Below, in pieces: positions 1-8,545 of a stretch of 24,000 nucleotides of DNA. The translations under genes and the position numbers were made by a program. Below the pieces are notes generated by a model, which saw only the letters and a list, made by a program, of their open reading frames with translations, made no database searches and was not told the origin of the DNA. Each line of letters begins with the position of its first letter. Position 1 is the stretch's first letter. Location of the stretch: the sequence record OX422066.1. One strand, 5' to 3'. Source of the DNA: Enterococcus phage Planchet.

Positions 1-596
1 CTGTTGATCGAACAACTAATGGAACGGGTAATTTTGCAGATTTAACTGAGGCTCAAGTTAAAGCATTAAATATTAAAATTGATCCAGTAAAATATCCTAA
101 TCTTGTCGGTAAAACACTTAAAGTTCCTTCATTATCATCTGTTCTTTTAGCATTGAGAGGAACCGATTTAACAATCAATTTTGATGGAAGTAAAATTGAC
201 TTAAGCGTTGCATCAACTGCAAAAATGATTCATGATATGATTGTAAGTTATGGTTTAGAAAAACGAGTATTTTTCGTTATCTCTAATAAAACGCAACGAG
301 ACGCTTTTCATAAGCTTTATCCTCAATATCCTGTTTCATGGCTTTGGAATAGCCCAGGATCTAGAGCTGCTGGAGCAGTAAATGAAATTTATGCATATGG
401 AAAACATGGAGGAGCACTCCTTTCAATTCCTATGGCCGTTTTAAATGATGATACGTCTATGAGAGACATTCAAGCATCAGGTATTTATTATCAGGTTTAT
501 GGTGTTCAAACTGAAGCCGATTATGAAACATGTAGATTAATGCGTGTTCCTATGATCGAAACTGATCAACTATATCCTAATTTAGATTTTTTATAA
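1..596 (+). CDS. C-terminal part of tail-associated protein with glycerophosphodiester phosphodiesterase (GDPD)-like domain; 5' end outside window
   Basis: The frame of ORF 153..596 stays open to the left edge (VDRTTNGTGNFADLTEAQVKALNIKIDPVKYPNLVG...), so the TTG at 153 is not the start. The C-terminal ASGIYYQVYGVQTEADYETCRLMRVPMIETDQLYPN resembles the GDPD ending (G-x-v-x-vytVnt...Gvd-x-ieTD). It sits directly upstream of a BppU-like gene. Confidence 0.55.
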   Translation, partial: VDRTTNGTGNFADLTEAQVKALNIKIDPVKYPNLVGKTLKVPSLSSVLLALRGTDLTINFDGSKIDLSVASTAKMIHDMIVSYGLEKRVFFVISNKTQRDAFHKLYPQYPVSWLWNSPGSRAAGAVNEIYAYGKHGGALLSIPMAVLNDDTSMRDIQASGIYYQVYGVQTEADYETCRLMRVPMIETDQLYPNLDFL

Positions 597-609
597 GGAG
601 ACGATAAAT

Positions 610-3507
610 TTGGCAAATAGAGAAATGCGTTTTGATATTTTCAAACAGCCACGTTTAACTCCTATAATCTATGGTCGTGTTGGAGACGGTAGCGTTCAAA
701 AAGTTACCGTCTACCTTACAGCCAACGACGAACCAATTGATTTGACGGGTTACACAATTACATTTGAAGGAAACACAAGTGGAAATAAGACAGTCGTTCT
801 TGACACAGAAGGAGTATCAGGAATCGTAGCAAATCAAGGAAAATTTGATTATACATTTCCTAATATGGCTTTTGGCGTTCCAGGAGAATATGAACGAGCT
901 TATTTCTCATTAACGAACATTACAACTAAACAAAGAAGTACAACTTCAAACTTCCAAGTTATCGTTCTTGATAATGCCGACATTACAGCAGATGAAGCTG
1001 AAACAATTATCACAGAATACAATAAGCTGATTGATAAATTAAATAAAGCTTACAACGACGCTTTAGCAAACTATACTAAAGCAGGAGACGCTATGTTAGC
1101 TGATCTGAAAAATAAAATTGGAATTTTAGAAAGTAAGTTAAATACATTAAATACAAGTTATAATTCTTTAGCTCAAAAATCAGAAGAAATTCGTAAGGTA
1201 ATTGAAGCATTAGGAAATTTGCATGTAATGTATTCTAATTCATTAGACTTTGGTAACTATGATTATAGTGGGAATCCGAATTTAATGGCTAATATAAACG
1301 CTGACAGCTTCTCGCAAGGTACTGGTGCTTTATCTGTTGTGGATGATGGTGACGAGGTAGTAGTCACACTTGACCCAAACAATAAATTAGATTTATTCAA
1401 AACGAAAAGTCAACCAGCTTTAGTAGTAGGAAAAACATATACTCTGAGTGCAGAAATTATGTTAGAAGATGATTTCACTGGAGACCCTAGTAAGTTAAGT
1501 CTAAGATATATTAAAATGCCCAACTGGTTATCAGCACTAACAACGCGTTTTACATTAACTAATGATAAAGGCGTATGGCAAAAGGTAACTATTACTGATA
1601 CAATGACTACTGCGATTAATGACGCTGAAAGCTGGTTTATAATGCTCCACAATAGGGACGTTAATAACAGTCTATCTGGCAAGCTACGTTTGAGACATGT
1701 TAAGATTGAAGAAGGCTCAACAGCCACACCTTATCAGCCAAATTTATTAGTTGAGCCTTGGAGCTTAAGTAAAAGAGAGTTAGGAAAAAATATAAGAAGA
1801 CTTGATGCAGGCAATCAGCCGCCAATTACTACCACAGAATATAATTGTTATATTGGTAGAATAAATGGCTATTGGCAAGCAGGGAAAACTTATACGATTA
1901 CTATAAAAGGAACTAAGCCAGCCTCTCAAACATTTGGACTATATTTATTAAATGGTGCACAAAATGCAGGAACGTTAACGCCAGTAGAAGGCTTAACAGA
2001 TCAATGGTCTTTAACATTTACCCCTACACAAGAAATGATCGACGTGGGCGTAACGAATCACGCAAACCTTTATCAAATTCCTCAATCCACAAAAGGTGAG
2101 GTAAAAATAGAGTGGGTAAAAATTGAAGAAAACGACACACGAACTCCTAATGTGGACATGTTAAAATATCAAGGTATTGGTTTCCAAGATAGTGATAGTC
2201 CTAAAGACTATGTTTGGAATTTAAGTCGACAATATCTTGAAAATAATGTTCAAAATTATCCAATGACAATGGATGATGGTGATGCTGTTCCTTTGGCAAA
2301 TATTGAAGGAGCAAAAGCCTCTTTTGCTGATTTGAAAATTCATAAGAAATATATTTTGCTATCACAAGCTGAAGCTCAAGCAATGACTGATTACAACACA
2401 TTACCTTCAACTTTAAGAACTCCTAGTGGTGATGCATCTCAGATTTCAGGCTATATCGTTCATAATGTTCCTGACGTTTCTCCAGATCGAACGATCCAAT
2501 TCGTTTATGCAATGGCTTATTCTGCTACGAACTTACGAATTGCATTTCGTCGCTTATATGGGGGATCAGCTACAGCATGGAATGAAACATTTAGGAAAGC
2601 AGATTTCGATAATCTTACAGCTTTATGGCAAAAAGCAAAATTAACCAATGATGATGGAAATGCATTTTTACTTAGTCAAATCACGTCAGCAAAAGCATCC
2701 TTAGCTGATCTAAGATTAAAAAAAGGATATGTATATTTGACTGTCTTTGAAATGCAAGCAATGACAGACTATGCAAATATTCCTGAATCAATGAAGACTA
2801 ACACAGTTGGTTATATCCTACAAAATACTCCTGATATTGACACAGGTAGCTCTGTTCAAGTATTATACACGAATGTAAGTAATGAAACAATTCAACAAAG
2901 AATGGCATTTCGTCGTGTATCACCTAATGTGGCAAAACCTTGGGTAGAAGTAGCCGATATGGATACATTACAAGATGCATTAAAACGTATCACTATTTTA
3001 GAAGAAAAGTTATATCCTTATGAAGGTCACTTCTATCTTGGAACAAATCATACATCTAACATGCCAAGTAAAGGTCGTATGGGATGGGGTAATGAAATTG
3101 GAACGATCGGACAAAGACTGGGTGTTAAAATGAAACCTTGCCCTCTTGATTTCAATAGTGGAAGATGGAATCAAACGTTTAATCGAGACGCAACAATTTT
3201 AGTCGAAGTTACAGCGAAAGCAAATGGTTTGGCCGCCACAACAGGAAGATATATTTATTTATGTGCTTGGAAAGATACAGAACAAACAATTCAATGGCGT
3301 GAAAGCAATGGTATGGGATTAGCAACTAGTGATATTCAATATCGTAATACGATTAATCATACATTTTTGATTAATGGTAAGAAAGGCGATAATTTAAGTT
3401 TTGGTTGGGAAATGGCATCAGGAAAATATGTGCAAGGTCAATTAATAAATGTTCACGTTACAGAAATAGATACACCTACATTACCAGAAATAAACGAAGA
3501 AGTTTAA
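610..3507 (+). CDS. Baseplate upper protein / receptor-binding tail protein (BppU N-terminal-like domain, jelly-roll modules, duplicated tail module)
   Basis: TTG start with TAAGGAG upstream. The N-terminus MRFDIFKQPRLTPIIYGRVGDGSVQKVTVYLTANDEPIDLTGYTITFEGNT...G.FDYTFPNMAFGVPGEYERAYF is typical of BppU N domains, followed by a coiled coil and two carbohydrate-binding-like beta domains. Confidence 0.85.
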   Translation: MANREMRFDIFKQPRLTPIIYGRVGDGSVQKVTVYLTANDEPIDLTGYTITFEGNTSGNKTVVLDTEGVSGIVANQGKFDYTFPNMAFGVPGEYERAYFSLTNITTKQRSTTSNFQVIVLDNADITADEAETIITEYNKLIDKLNKAYNDALANYTKAGDAMLADLKNKIGILESKLNTLNTSYNSLAQKSEEIRKVIEALGNLHVMYSNSLDFGNYDYSGNPNLMANINADSFSQGTGALSVVDDGDEVVVTLDPNNKLDLFKTKSQPALVVGKTYTLSAEIMLEDDFTGDPSKLSLRYIKMPNWLSALTTRFTLTNDKGVWQKVTITDTMTTAINDAESWFIMLHNRDVNNSLSGKLRLRHVKIEEGSTATPYQPNLLVEPWSLSKRELGKNIRRLDAGNQPPITTTEYNCYIGRINGYWQAGKTYTITIKGTKPASQTFGLYLLNGAQNAGTLTPVEGLTDQWSLTFTPTQEMIDVGVTNHANLYQIPQSTKGEVKIEWVKIEENDTRTPNVDMLKYQGIGFQDSDSPKDYVWNLSRQYLENNVQNYPMTMDDGDAVPLANIEGAKASFADLKIHKKYILLSQAEAQAMTDYNTLPSTLRTPSGDASQISGYIVHNVPDVSPDRTIQFVYAMAYSATNLRIAFRRLYGGSATAWNETFRKADFDNLTALWQKAKLTNDDGNAFLLSQITSAKASLADLRLKKGYVYLTVFEMQAMTDYANIPESMKTNTVGYILQNTPDIDTGSSVQVLYTNVSNETIQQRMAFRRVSPNVAKPWVEVADMDTLQDALKRITILEEKLYPYEGHFYLGTNHTSNMPSKGRMGWGNEIGTIGQRLGVKMKPCPLDFNSGRWNQTFNRDATILVEVTAKANGLAATTGRYIYLCAWKDTEQTIQWRESNGMGLATSDIQYRNTINHTFLINGKKGDNLSFGWEMASGKYVQGQLINVHVTEIDTPTLPEINEEV

Positions 3508-3527
3508 ATATAAAAGGAGATCATATT

Positions 3528-3947
3528 ATGAAAATTTGGAAATTTGAAGAAGTAGGCGGACAAGAATTTGAAGTCAGTGAAGGATATCCAGTGATGTTCC
3601 CATTCACTGACGTTGCCCCTTTAGAAGATTACCCCTTGGAACAACAAACATATGTTCCAACTGAAGGGAAATGGGTATTTTTTGGAGATTTAGCTTTAAA
3701 GGATGAATTTGATAATCTTAGAGCTAGATATGAAGGTTTGAAAAATGAACTTGATCAAGCAAATCAAGAATTGGCGGAAAGTAAAAAACAATTAGATGCT
3801 GCTGGATCAGGCGCCTCGAAAGCAATGTTGGCAACTATTAAATTAGAAAGAAGAGTTCAACCTTTACTTGATAATTTAACAACGACAACTACGACTACTG
3901 ATGTAGAACCAATCACAACGACTACAACTCTTAAAGGAGATGAATAG
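3528..3947 (+). CDS. Small tail-associated protein with coiled coil and Thr-rich C-terminus
   Basis: The track ORF starts at 3405 inside the previous gene. The supported start is ATG 3528 (MKIWKFEEVGGQEFEV...) preceded by AAAAGGAG. Confidence 0.75.
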   Translation: MKIWKFEEVGGQEFEVSEGYPVMFPFTDVAPLEDYPLEQQTYVPTEGKWVFFGDLALKDEFDNLRARYEGLKNELDQANQELAESKKQLDAAGSGASKAMLATIKLERRVQPLLDNLTTTTTTTDVEPITTTTTLKGDE

Positions 3948-3948
3948 T

Positions 3949-4083
3949 ATGTACGAATTTGATTTGATTAAAGATATGTATGATGCTGGATTCTTTACTC
4001 AGGAAGAATTATATATGTTCGTTCCTGAGTCTATCACTGAAGATCAAGTTAGAGAAATTATTGAGGGTGCCAAGGAGGTATAA
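3949..4083 (+). CDS. xkdX: XkdX-family-like small phage protein (44 aa)
   Basis: Absent from the ORF track. ATG 3949 with AAAGGAGATGAATAGT upstream translates to MYEFDLIKDMYDAGFFTQEELYMFVPESITEDQVREIIEGAKEV*. Size, position after tail genes and the F-x-x-i-k-x-m-y-x-x-G-x-x-T-x-E pattern match XkdX-like proteins. Confidence 0.75.
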   Translation: MYEFDLIKDMYDAGFFTQEELYMFVPESITEDQVREIIEGAKEV

Positions 4084-4086
4084 AAA

Positions 4087-4488
4087 TTGATGATTATCAA
4101 AAAGCAATACGCTTATACGTTAGTCATCTCAACCTTCGTCCTCGGATTGTTCCAAATAGTCAATGATGACTATTTGGTTCAAAGAGGAGTTCTAACTTTA
4201 CCAGAAAGTTTTCAATGGATAGATGACAACATCACTGGTGCTATCATCATAGTTTTCTCATTGGTTTTAGCTTACTCTTTTTGGCGAATTAAAACCAAGC
4301 TGCAGAAAATTTGCATAGTATTATTAGGAGCTTTGTATTTTTCATTGGGAACGATTTATTTGGTAAGATCAGTAAGTGGATACCATAACATTACATGGAT
4401 TCTTTTATTCACTCTTTTCTTCTTACTAATTTTCTCAATAAGATACAAAGGAGATAGATGGCTTTATGAAAGAAATGCTCACGAATGA
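4087..4488 (+). CDS. Multi-pass membrane protein of lysis region
   Basis: AAGGAGG upstream; TTG at 4087 or ATG at 4090. Four hydrophobic stretches. Confidence 0.7.
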   Translation: MMIIKKQYAYTLVISTFVLGLFQIVNDDYLVQRGVLTLPESFQWIDDNITGAIIIVFSLVLAYSFWRIKTKLQKICIVLLGALYFSLGTIYLVRSVSGYHNITWILLFTLFFLLIFSIRYKGDRWLYERNAHE

Positions 4489-4837
4489 AGTTTTTATTGG
4501 TCTAGTCACGGCCATCTTTGGCGGACTAATGACCTACCTTGGAGTTGCTAGGAAAAGCAAATCCGACGCCGCTGGAATTTACACAACTGAGATTCGTAAT
4601 ATCATTCAAGAACTAAAGGAACAAAATCGAGAAAAGGATTTGGAAATTTCACGATTAGAAGATTTGGCTGAAAAACTTCGGTTACAGCTTGCACAATCAC
4701 AAGAATTATTAGATAAGCTGGAACTAAAAGAAAAAGAAATGAATGCACTCCTAGAGGAAAAAGAAAAACAAATCGTAGAGTTATCTAGAGCCTTAAAAGA
4801 AAAAGAAAGAAATAAAATTAATGGGAGGAACTTTTAA
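4466..4837 (+). CDS. Membrane-anchored coiled-coil protein (N-terminal TM, long charged helix), lysis cassette
   Basis: Overlaps the previous ORF and shares the TAATG junction with the next. One TM (VFIGLVTAIFGGLMTYLGVA) plus a coiled coil. Confidence 0.7.
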   Translation: MKEMLTNEVFIGLVTAIFGGLMTYLGVARKSKSDAAGIYTTEIRNIIQELKEQNREKDLEISRLEDLAEKLRLQLAQSQELLDKLELKEKEMNALLEEKEKQIVELSRALKEKERNKINGRNF

Positions 4838-5196
4838 TGATTGATACAATCGTAAATGCTATAAATATGCTTCACAATAATTACATCCTAATGATTGGCT
4901 TAGGAGTCTTTCTAGTAACATACATTCTTAAAAATATTGAAAAAGTAGACAATCGATTTTTACCTTTAATTGCATGCGGAGTTGGGGTCGTAATTGGGGT
5001 TTTCGCTACTTGGGCAACTAATCAATCAATTGCATTAGGAATTTATGATGGTGTAATTGCTGGTCTTATTGCGGCGGGAGGTAAAGATTTACTTACTTTG
5101 GTTGTTGCTTTATTCACTGGTAAGATCGAAGACTGGAATAGTGTAGGAGATATCTTAGACGACGGAAAATTAAATGGTAGTAACAAAGACAAATAA
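4837..5196 (+). CDS. Phage holin
   Basis: 119 aa, several TM segments, TYILKNIEKVDNRFLPLIACGVGVVIGVFATWAT...G.IAGLIAAGGKDLL pattern of small phage holins, immediately before the endolysin. Confidence 0.8.
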   Translation: MIDTIVNAINMLHNNYILMIGLGVFLVTYILKNIEKVDNRFLPLIACGVGVVIGVFATWATNQSIALGIYDGVIAGLIAAGGKDLLTLVVALFTGKIEDWNSVGDILDDGKLNGSNKDK

Positions 5197-5204
5197 AATG
5201 TAAA

Positions 5205-5267
5205 GTATAATCTATTGTCAGAAGGACATTCTAATGACATGTTCGTTTTCCTGACAATAGATTATAC
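5205..5267. promoter_or_regulatory. 17-bp perfect inverted repeat with internal hairpin between holin and endolysin genes
   Basis: GTATAATCTATTGTCAG (5205-5221) and CTGACAATAGATTATAC (5251-5267) are exact reverse complements. The 29-nt middle carries GGACAT/ATGTTC. Confidence 0.8.
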
Positions 5268-5307
5268 ATATAAAAACAAAATAAAGAAAGAATGAGGTAC
5301 TTAATTT

Positions 5308-6471
5308 ATGAAAATTAAGAAAATTATTGCTGTCGTTGCTGCAACAGTTGCTTTAGGAGTAGGAGGTTTGTTCGCAGGAGATAAAGCTGATGCAGCTTCT
5401 CTTTATACAGTGAACAATGAATTTAATTTACCTGCTGGAGCTGGAGATGGTCGTATTGCTCAAAATAAATACATCATCTTGCATGAAACAGCAAATCCTA
5501 GAGCAACAGGTCGCAATGAAGCTACGTATATGAGAAACAGCTGGCAAAGTGCTTATACGACTGACATCATCGGTGATGGTGGAATTGACTATCGTGTAGG
5601 TCAATGGGGTTATGTGTCATGGGGTGCTGGAAATGCTAATCCTTATGCGCCTGTACAAATTGAGTTGCAGCACACATCTGACCCAGCATTATTTAAGAAA
5701 AACTATAATGCTTACGTAGAATTAGCACGTGCTGCCGCTAAAGCTTATGGTATTCCTTTGACGTTAGATGAAGGTGGCGCTGGAACACCAGGTATTAAGT
5801 CTCATTTGTGGGTAACTCAAAATATTTGGGGTGATCACACCGATCCTTATGGATATTTGGCAGAAATGGGTGTAAGTAAACAAAAATTGGCTAATGATTT
5901 GAAATATGGTGTCGCTGGAGATTCACAAGATCCTGTCGCTCCTACACCAAATCCTAATCCAAAACCAAACCCAAATCCTACGCCAACTTCTCCTTACAAT
6001 ATCGCAGCTTGGAACAAACCTCAAGTAGCTGACACAACTGTGAATATTCGAGCAGCTCAAAATACCAAAGCAAAAATTATTGGTCAATTAAAAGCTGGCG
6101 ATCGTTTTACAGCAACACGCGTAACTCGTAATGGTGAATCAGTAAATGGTTACACAACTTGGTTTGAAGTAAATGGTGCTGGTTGGGTATCAGGCGCATT
6201 GGTAACTGAAACAAAAAATGTAGCTCCAACTCCAACATTCCATCAAGAAAATGGTACATTCGTTGCTGGAACAACTGTGAACATTCGTTCTAATCCTTCA
6301 GTGAACGCTGGAGTCGTAGGACAATATTATGCAGGACAATCATTCCGCTATGATGGATATGTAAAAGCTGACGGATATATTTGGGCACATTACGTATCAT
6401 ATTCAGGACAAGATCGTTGGGTAGCAGTTCGTAATGCAAATACTGGCGTCGCACATGGTTCTTTCTATTAA
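5308..6471 (+). CDS. Endolysin: N-acetylmuramoyl-L-alanine amidase (PGRP/Amidase_2-like) with signal peptide and two C-terminal bacterial SH3 domains
   Basis: Signal sequence MKIKKIIAVVAATVALGVGGLFAGDKADA; amidase core YIILHETANP...IELQHTSDP...SHLWVTQNIWGDHTDPYGYL; SH3 repeats TTVNIRAAQNTKAKIIGQLKAGD and TTVNIRSNPSVNAGVVGQYYAGQ. Confidence 0.92.
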   Translation: MKIKKIIAVVAATVALGVGGLFAGDKADAASLYTVNNEFNLPAGAGDGRIAQNKYIILHETANPRATGRNEATYMRNSWQSAYTTDIIGDGGIDYRVGQWGYVSWGAGNANPYAPVQIELQHTSDPALFKKNYNAYVELARAAAKAYGIPLTLDEGGAGTPGIKSHLWVTQNIWGDHTDPYGYLAEMGVSKQKLANDLKYGVAGDSQDPVAPTPNPNPKPNPNPTPTSPYNIAAWNKPQVADTTVNIRAAQNTKAKIIGQLKAGDRFTATRVTRNGESVNGYTTWFEVNGAGWVSGALVTETKNVAPTPTFHQENGTFVAGTTVNIRSNPSVNAGVVGQYYAGQSFRYDGYVKADGYIWAHYVSYSGQDRWVAVRNANTGVAHGSFY

Positions 6472-6478
6472 TTAATTT

Positions 6479-6503
6479 AGGAGAGGTTCATTCCTCTCCT
6501 TTT
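6479..6503 (+). terminator. Hairpin / weak intrinsic terminator after endolysin
   Basis: AGGAGAGG-ttcatt-CCTCTCCT followed by TTT. Confidence 0.5.
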
Positions 6504-6530
6504 ACATATATAAAGTAAGGAGATAATAAT

Positions 6531-7508
6531 ATGGGCAAACGTAATAACCTATTTAATGAAAAGACTTGGGAGACTGTCAACACCGAAAACAAAATGCTTT
6601 TAGAAGATTATGTTCTAGAGCTTAAAAGTAAAGGACGGGCAGAGAAAACGATTTACCAATATGTGGCAGACATTCGTGCTTTCTTTTGTTGGATTCATGA
6701 TAATGCAGGAAACAAATCTATATTAGACCTAAAGAAAAGAATGTTCCGAACTTTCTTCTTACAGCTTCAAGATAATGGAACTAGTGCAGCACGCATTAAT
6801 CGATTCCAAAGCTCAATTCGTAACCTCTTAACATTCGCTGAAGATGATGAGGACGAATATGATTATGATAAAAATGTAATGCGCTCAATCAAAGGTGTGC
6901 AAGGAGAAAAAGTACGCGATATTGTGTTCTTAACAGATGATCAAATTAATGTGATACTTGATCAATTATTGGCGGAAGAACGATATGAAATGGCTCTTTA
7001 CCTTTCATTATCATATGATTCTGCTGCAAGGAGAAATGAAATCTTACAGGTAAATAAGAAAGGTTTCTTAGAAGGTAAGATGACTAATGAAGTAGTTGGT
7101 AAACGTGGAAAGAAATTCCAATTATTATACTTTGATCGCACACGTGAAATTGCAAAGAAATGGTTTGATCAACGAGGAGAAGATGATATTGAATCGTTGT
7201 GGGTAGCAGGTAAAGGAGATAATAAACGAGCTCGTTCTTATGAATCATTGTACTCATTTTGTTTAACATTTAGGACAATTCTTGAAGAGAAAACAGGTGT
7301 TCAATTGGATATTAATCCTCACTGTTTCCGACATTCATCATTGGACAACTATTCAAATGGAACACATCATGTGTTGAAAGAATTAGGAAAAGAATCATTA
7401 GACCTGAAAGTGTTGAAATTAATCGCTCATCATGAGGATGTATCTACGACAGAATCATATCTAATGGATCGTAGTGATGAAATTCTATTTGAAGCTTTTG
7501 GTATATAA
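6531..7508 (+). CDS. Tyrosine recombinase / phage integrase family protein
   Basis: SAM-like N-terminal core-binding domain (ENKMLLEDYVLELKSKGRAEKTIYQYVADIRAFFCWI), catalytic-type SAARRNEIL, PHCFRHS (HxxR), IAHHEDVSTTESYL (H and Y). RBS AAGGAG. Confidence 0.9.
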   Translation: MGKRNNLFNEKTWETVNTENKMLLEDYVLELKSKGRAEKTIYQYVADIRAFFCWIHDNAGNKSILDLKKRMFRTFFLQLQDNGTSAARINRFQSSIRNLLTFAEDDEDEYDYDKNVMRSIKGVQGEKVRDIVFLTDDQINVILDQLLAEERYEMALYLSLSYDSAARRNEILQVNKKGFLEGKMTNEVVGKRGKKFQLLYFDRTREIAKKWFDQRGEDDIESLWVAGKGDNKRARSYESLYSFCLTFRTILEEKTGVQLDINPHCFRHSSLDNYSNGTHHVLKELGKESLDLKVLKLIAHHEDVSTTESYLMDRSDEILFEAFGI

Positions 7509-7540
7509 AAAGAGGAGCATTTAGCTCCTCATTTTTTTTA
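7507..7540 (+). terminator. Bidirectional intrinsic terminator between convergent transcription units
   Basis: AAAAAGAGGAGC-atttA-GCTCCTC-A-TTTTTTTT; U-tract available on both strands. Confidence 0.9.
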
Positions 7541-7542
7541 TT

Positions 7543-7731
7543 TTAATTATGAACTCTTTTATCTTCTTCTCCATCATAAACGATAATTCCTATAGCGATT
7601 GTTCCTAAAAATATTGTGATAAGTCCTATGATAAAAACATTTAATCCGTACCAAGGTGTAGCGACAAGATGCATCGCTACGACCTCAATTAATAATATGA
7701 ATAATAAACCTAAGAATTTATACATCTTCAT
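7543..7731 (-). CDS. Small two-TM membrane protein
   Basis: 62 aa, two hydrophobic segments, codirectional with upstream genes. Confidence 0.6.
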   Translation of the reverse strand: MKMYKFLGLLFILLIEVVAMHLVATPWYGLNVFIIGLITIFLGTIAIGIIVYDGEEDKRVHN

Positions 7732-7741
7732 CTTTCCTCTC

Positions 7742-8215
7742 TTATAAGAATTTTCCTGTTACTTTATGATCTTTCATCATTGCTTTGTAACCTTTATGAT
7801 TTTCATTACCTTCAAGTAAAGCTTTAATACCGTAATAAGTAAAACCATATTTCTCACTAAGAGTAATGTGTGCTTGTCGTAATGATTCAAAAGAGAATGT
7901 TTCATCATCAACGACGATTTCGATTTTTTCTTGTTTCTTCTTAGTATCTTTAAGAAGTTTATTTGCGATTTGTCGTTTAACTTCATCACTTTCATTTTCT
8001 AACATTTGGTAAACTTTTTCGATGATTGAGATGTTTTCTTCTTTATTCATTTGTGTTTCCTCCTTAATATTTTCATCTTTAGTTTCTTCAACTTCGTCTC
8101 CTTGAGAAAGAGCAACGATAAGTTGCTCCTTATTCATTTTCCACCAATTTTTGATGTTTTGTTCTTTCGCTATTTCCTTAAGTTCTTTTGCTGTCATTTC
8201 GTTTAATTTTTTCAT
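7742..8215 (-). CDS. Rho_N/SAP-like domain-containing protein of unknown function
   Basis: N-terminus LNEMTAKELKEIAKEQNIKNWWKMNKEQLIVALSQ matches the short Rho N-terminal helical motif. RBS present. Confidence 0.7.
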   Translation of the reverse strand: MKKLNEMTAKELKEIAKEQNIKNWWKMNKEQLIVALSQGDEVEETKDENIKEETQMNKEENISIIEKVYQMLENESDEVKRQIANKLLKDTKKKQEKIEIVVDDETFSFESLRQAHITLSEKYGFTYYGIKALLEGNENHKGYKAMMKDHKVTGKFL

Positions 8216-8240
8216 TTTAATTCCCTCTTTTCATTAACTT

Positions 8241-8429
8241 TTATTTACTTAAAACTTTAAAATGTTCTTCTCTTAAGGCAACAGTTGATCCAAAACCATT
8301 TCTCGCTGTGATTGATTTTCTTCCGTTGGCCATTGAAACTTTAGTGATTAATAATTCTTCACCTTTTGAAAATTTTGCCATCATTGTTTCAACATCTACT
8401 AATAACATAATGCGTTGGCCTTTTTTCAT
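8241..8429 (-). CDS. Hypothetical protein (62 aa)
   Basis: ORF in an apparent operon directly downstream of a promoter-like site. Confidence 0.6.
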   Translation of the reverse strand: MKKGQRIMLLVDVETMMAKFSKGEELLITKVSMANGRKSITARNGFGSTVALREEHFKVLSK

Positions 8430-8476
8430 TTCATATTCCTCATTTCATTTATTATTTGTTTATTGATTATATATAT

Positions 8477-8505
8477 ATTATAATAGGAGAATGAAGAAAT
8501 GTAAA
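8477..8505 (-). promoter_or_regulatory. Promoter TTTACA-N17-TATAAT (minus strand)
   Basis: Plus-strand ATTATA 8477-8482 and TGTAAA 8500-8505; drives 8429..7543. Confidence 0.85.
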
Positions 8506-8545
8506 CAATTTTTGCTCACATTTCTTCATATTTTTCTATTTATTT

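Noticed and set aside
153-596. Complete 147-aa ORF beginning at 153
   Set aside because: The frame is open to the left edge and the 153 codon is an internal TTG; treated as a partial CDS.
1410-2644. ORFs 1410-1727 (-), 2201-2410 (-) and 2426-2644 (+)
   Set aside because: Contained in the long tail-protein CDS in other frames, no RBS.
5043-5240. Minus-strand 65-aa ORF
   Set aside because: Antisense to the holin gene.
5224-5244. GGACATTCT-N5-CATGTT shared with minus strand near 10657-10638
   Set aside because: Short gapped match expected by chance given the number of comparisons; no matching structural context.
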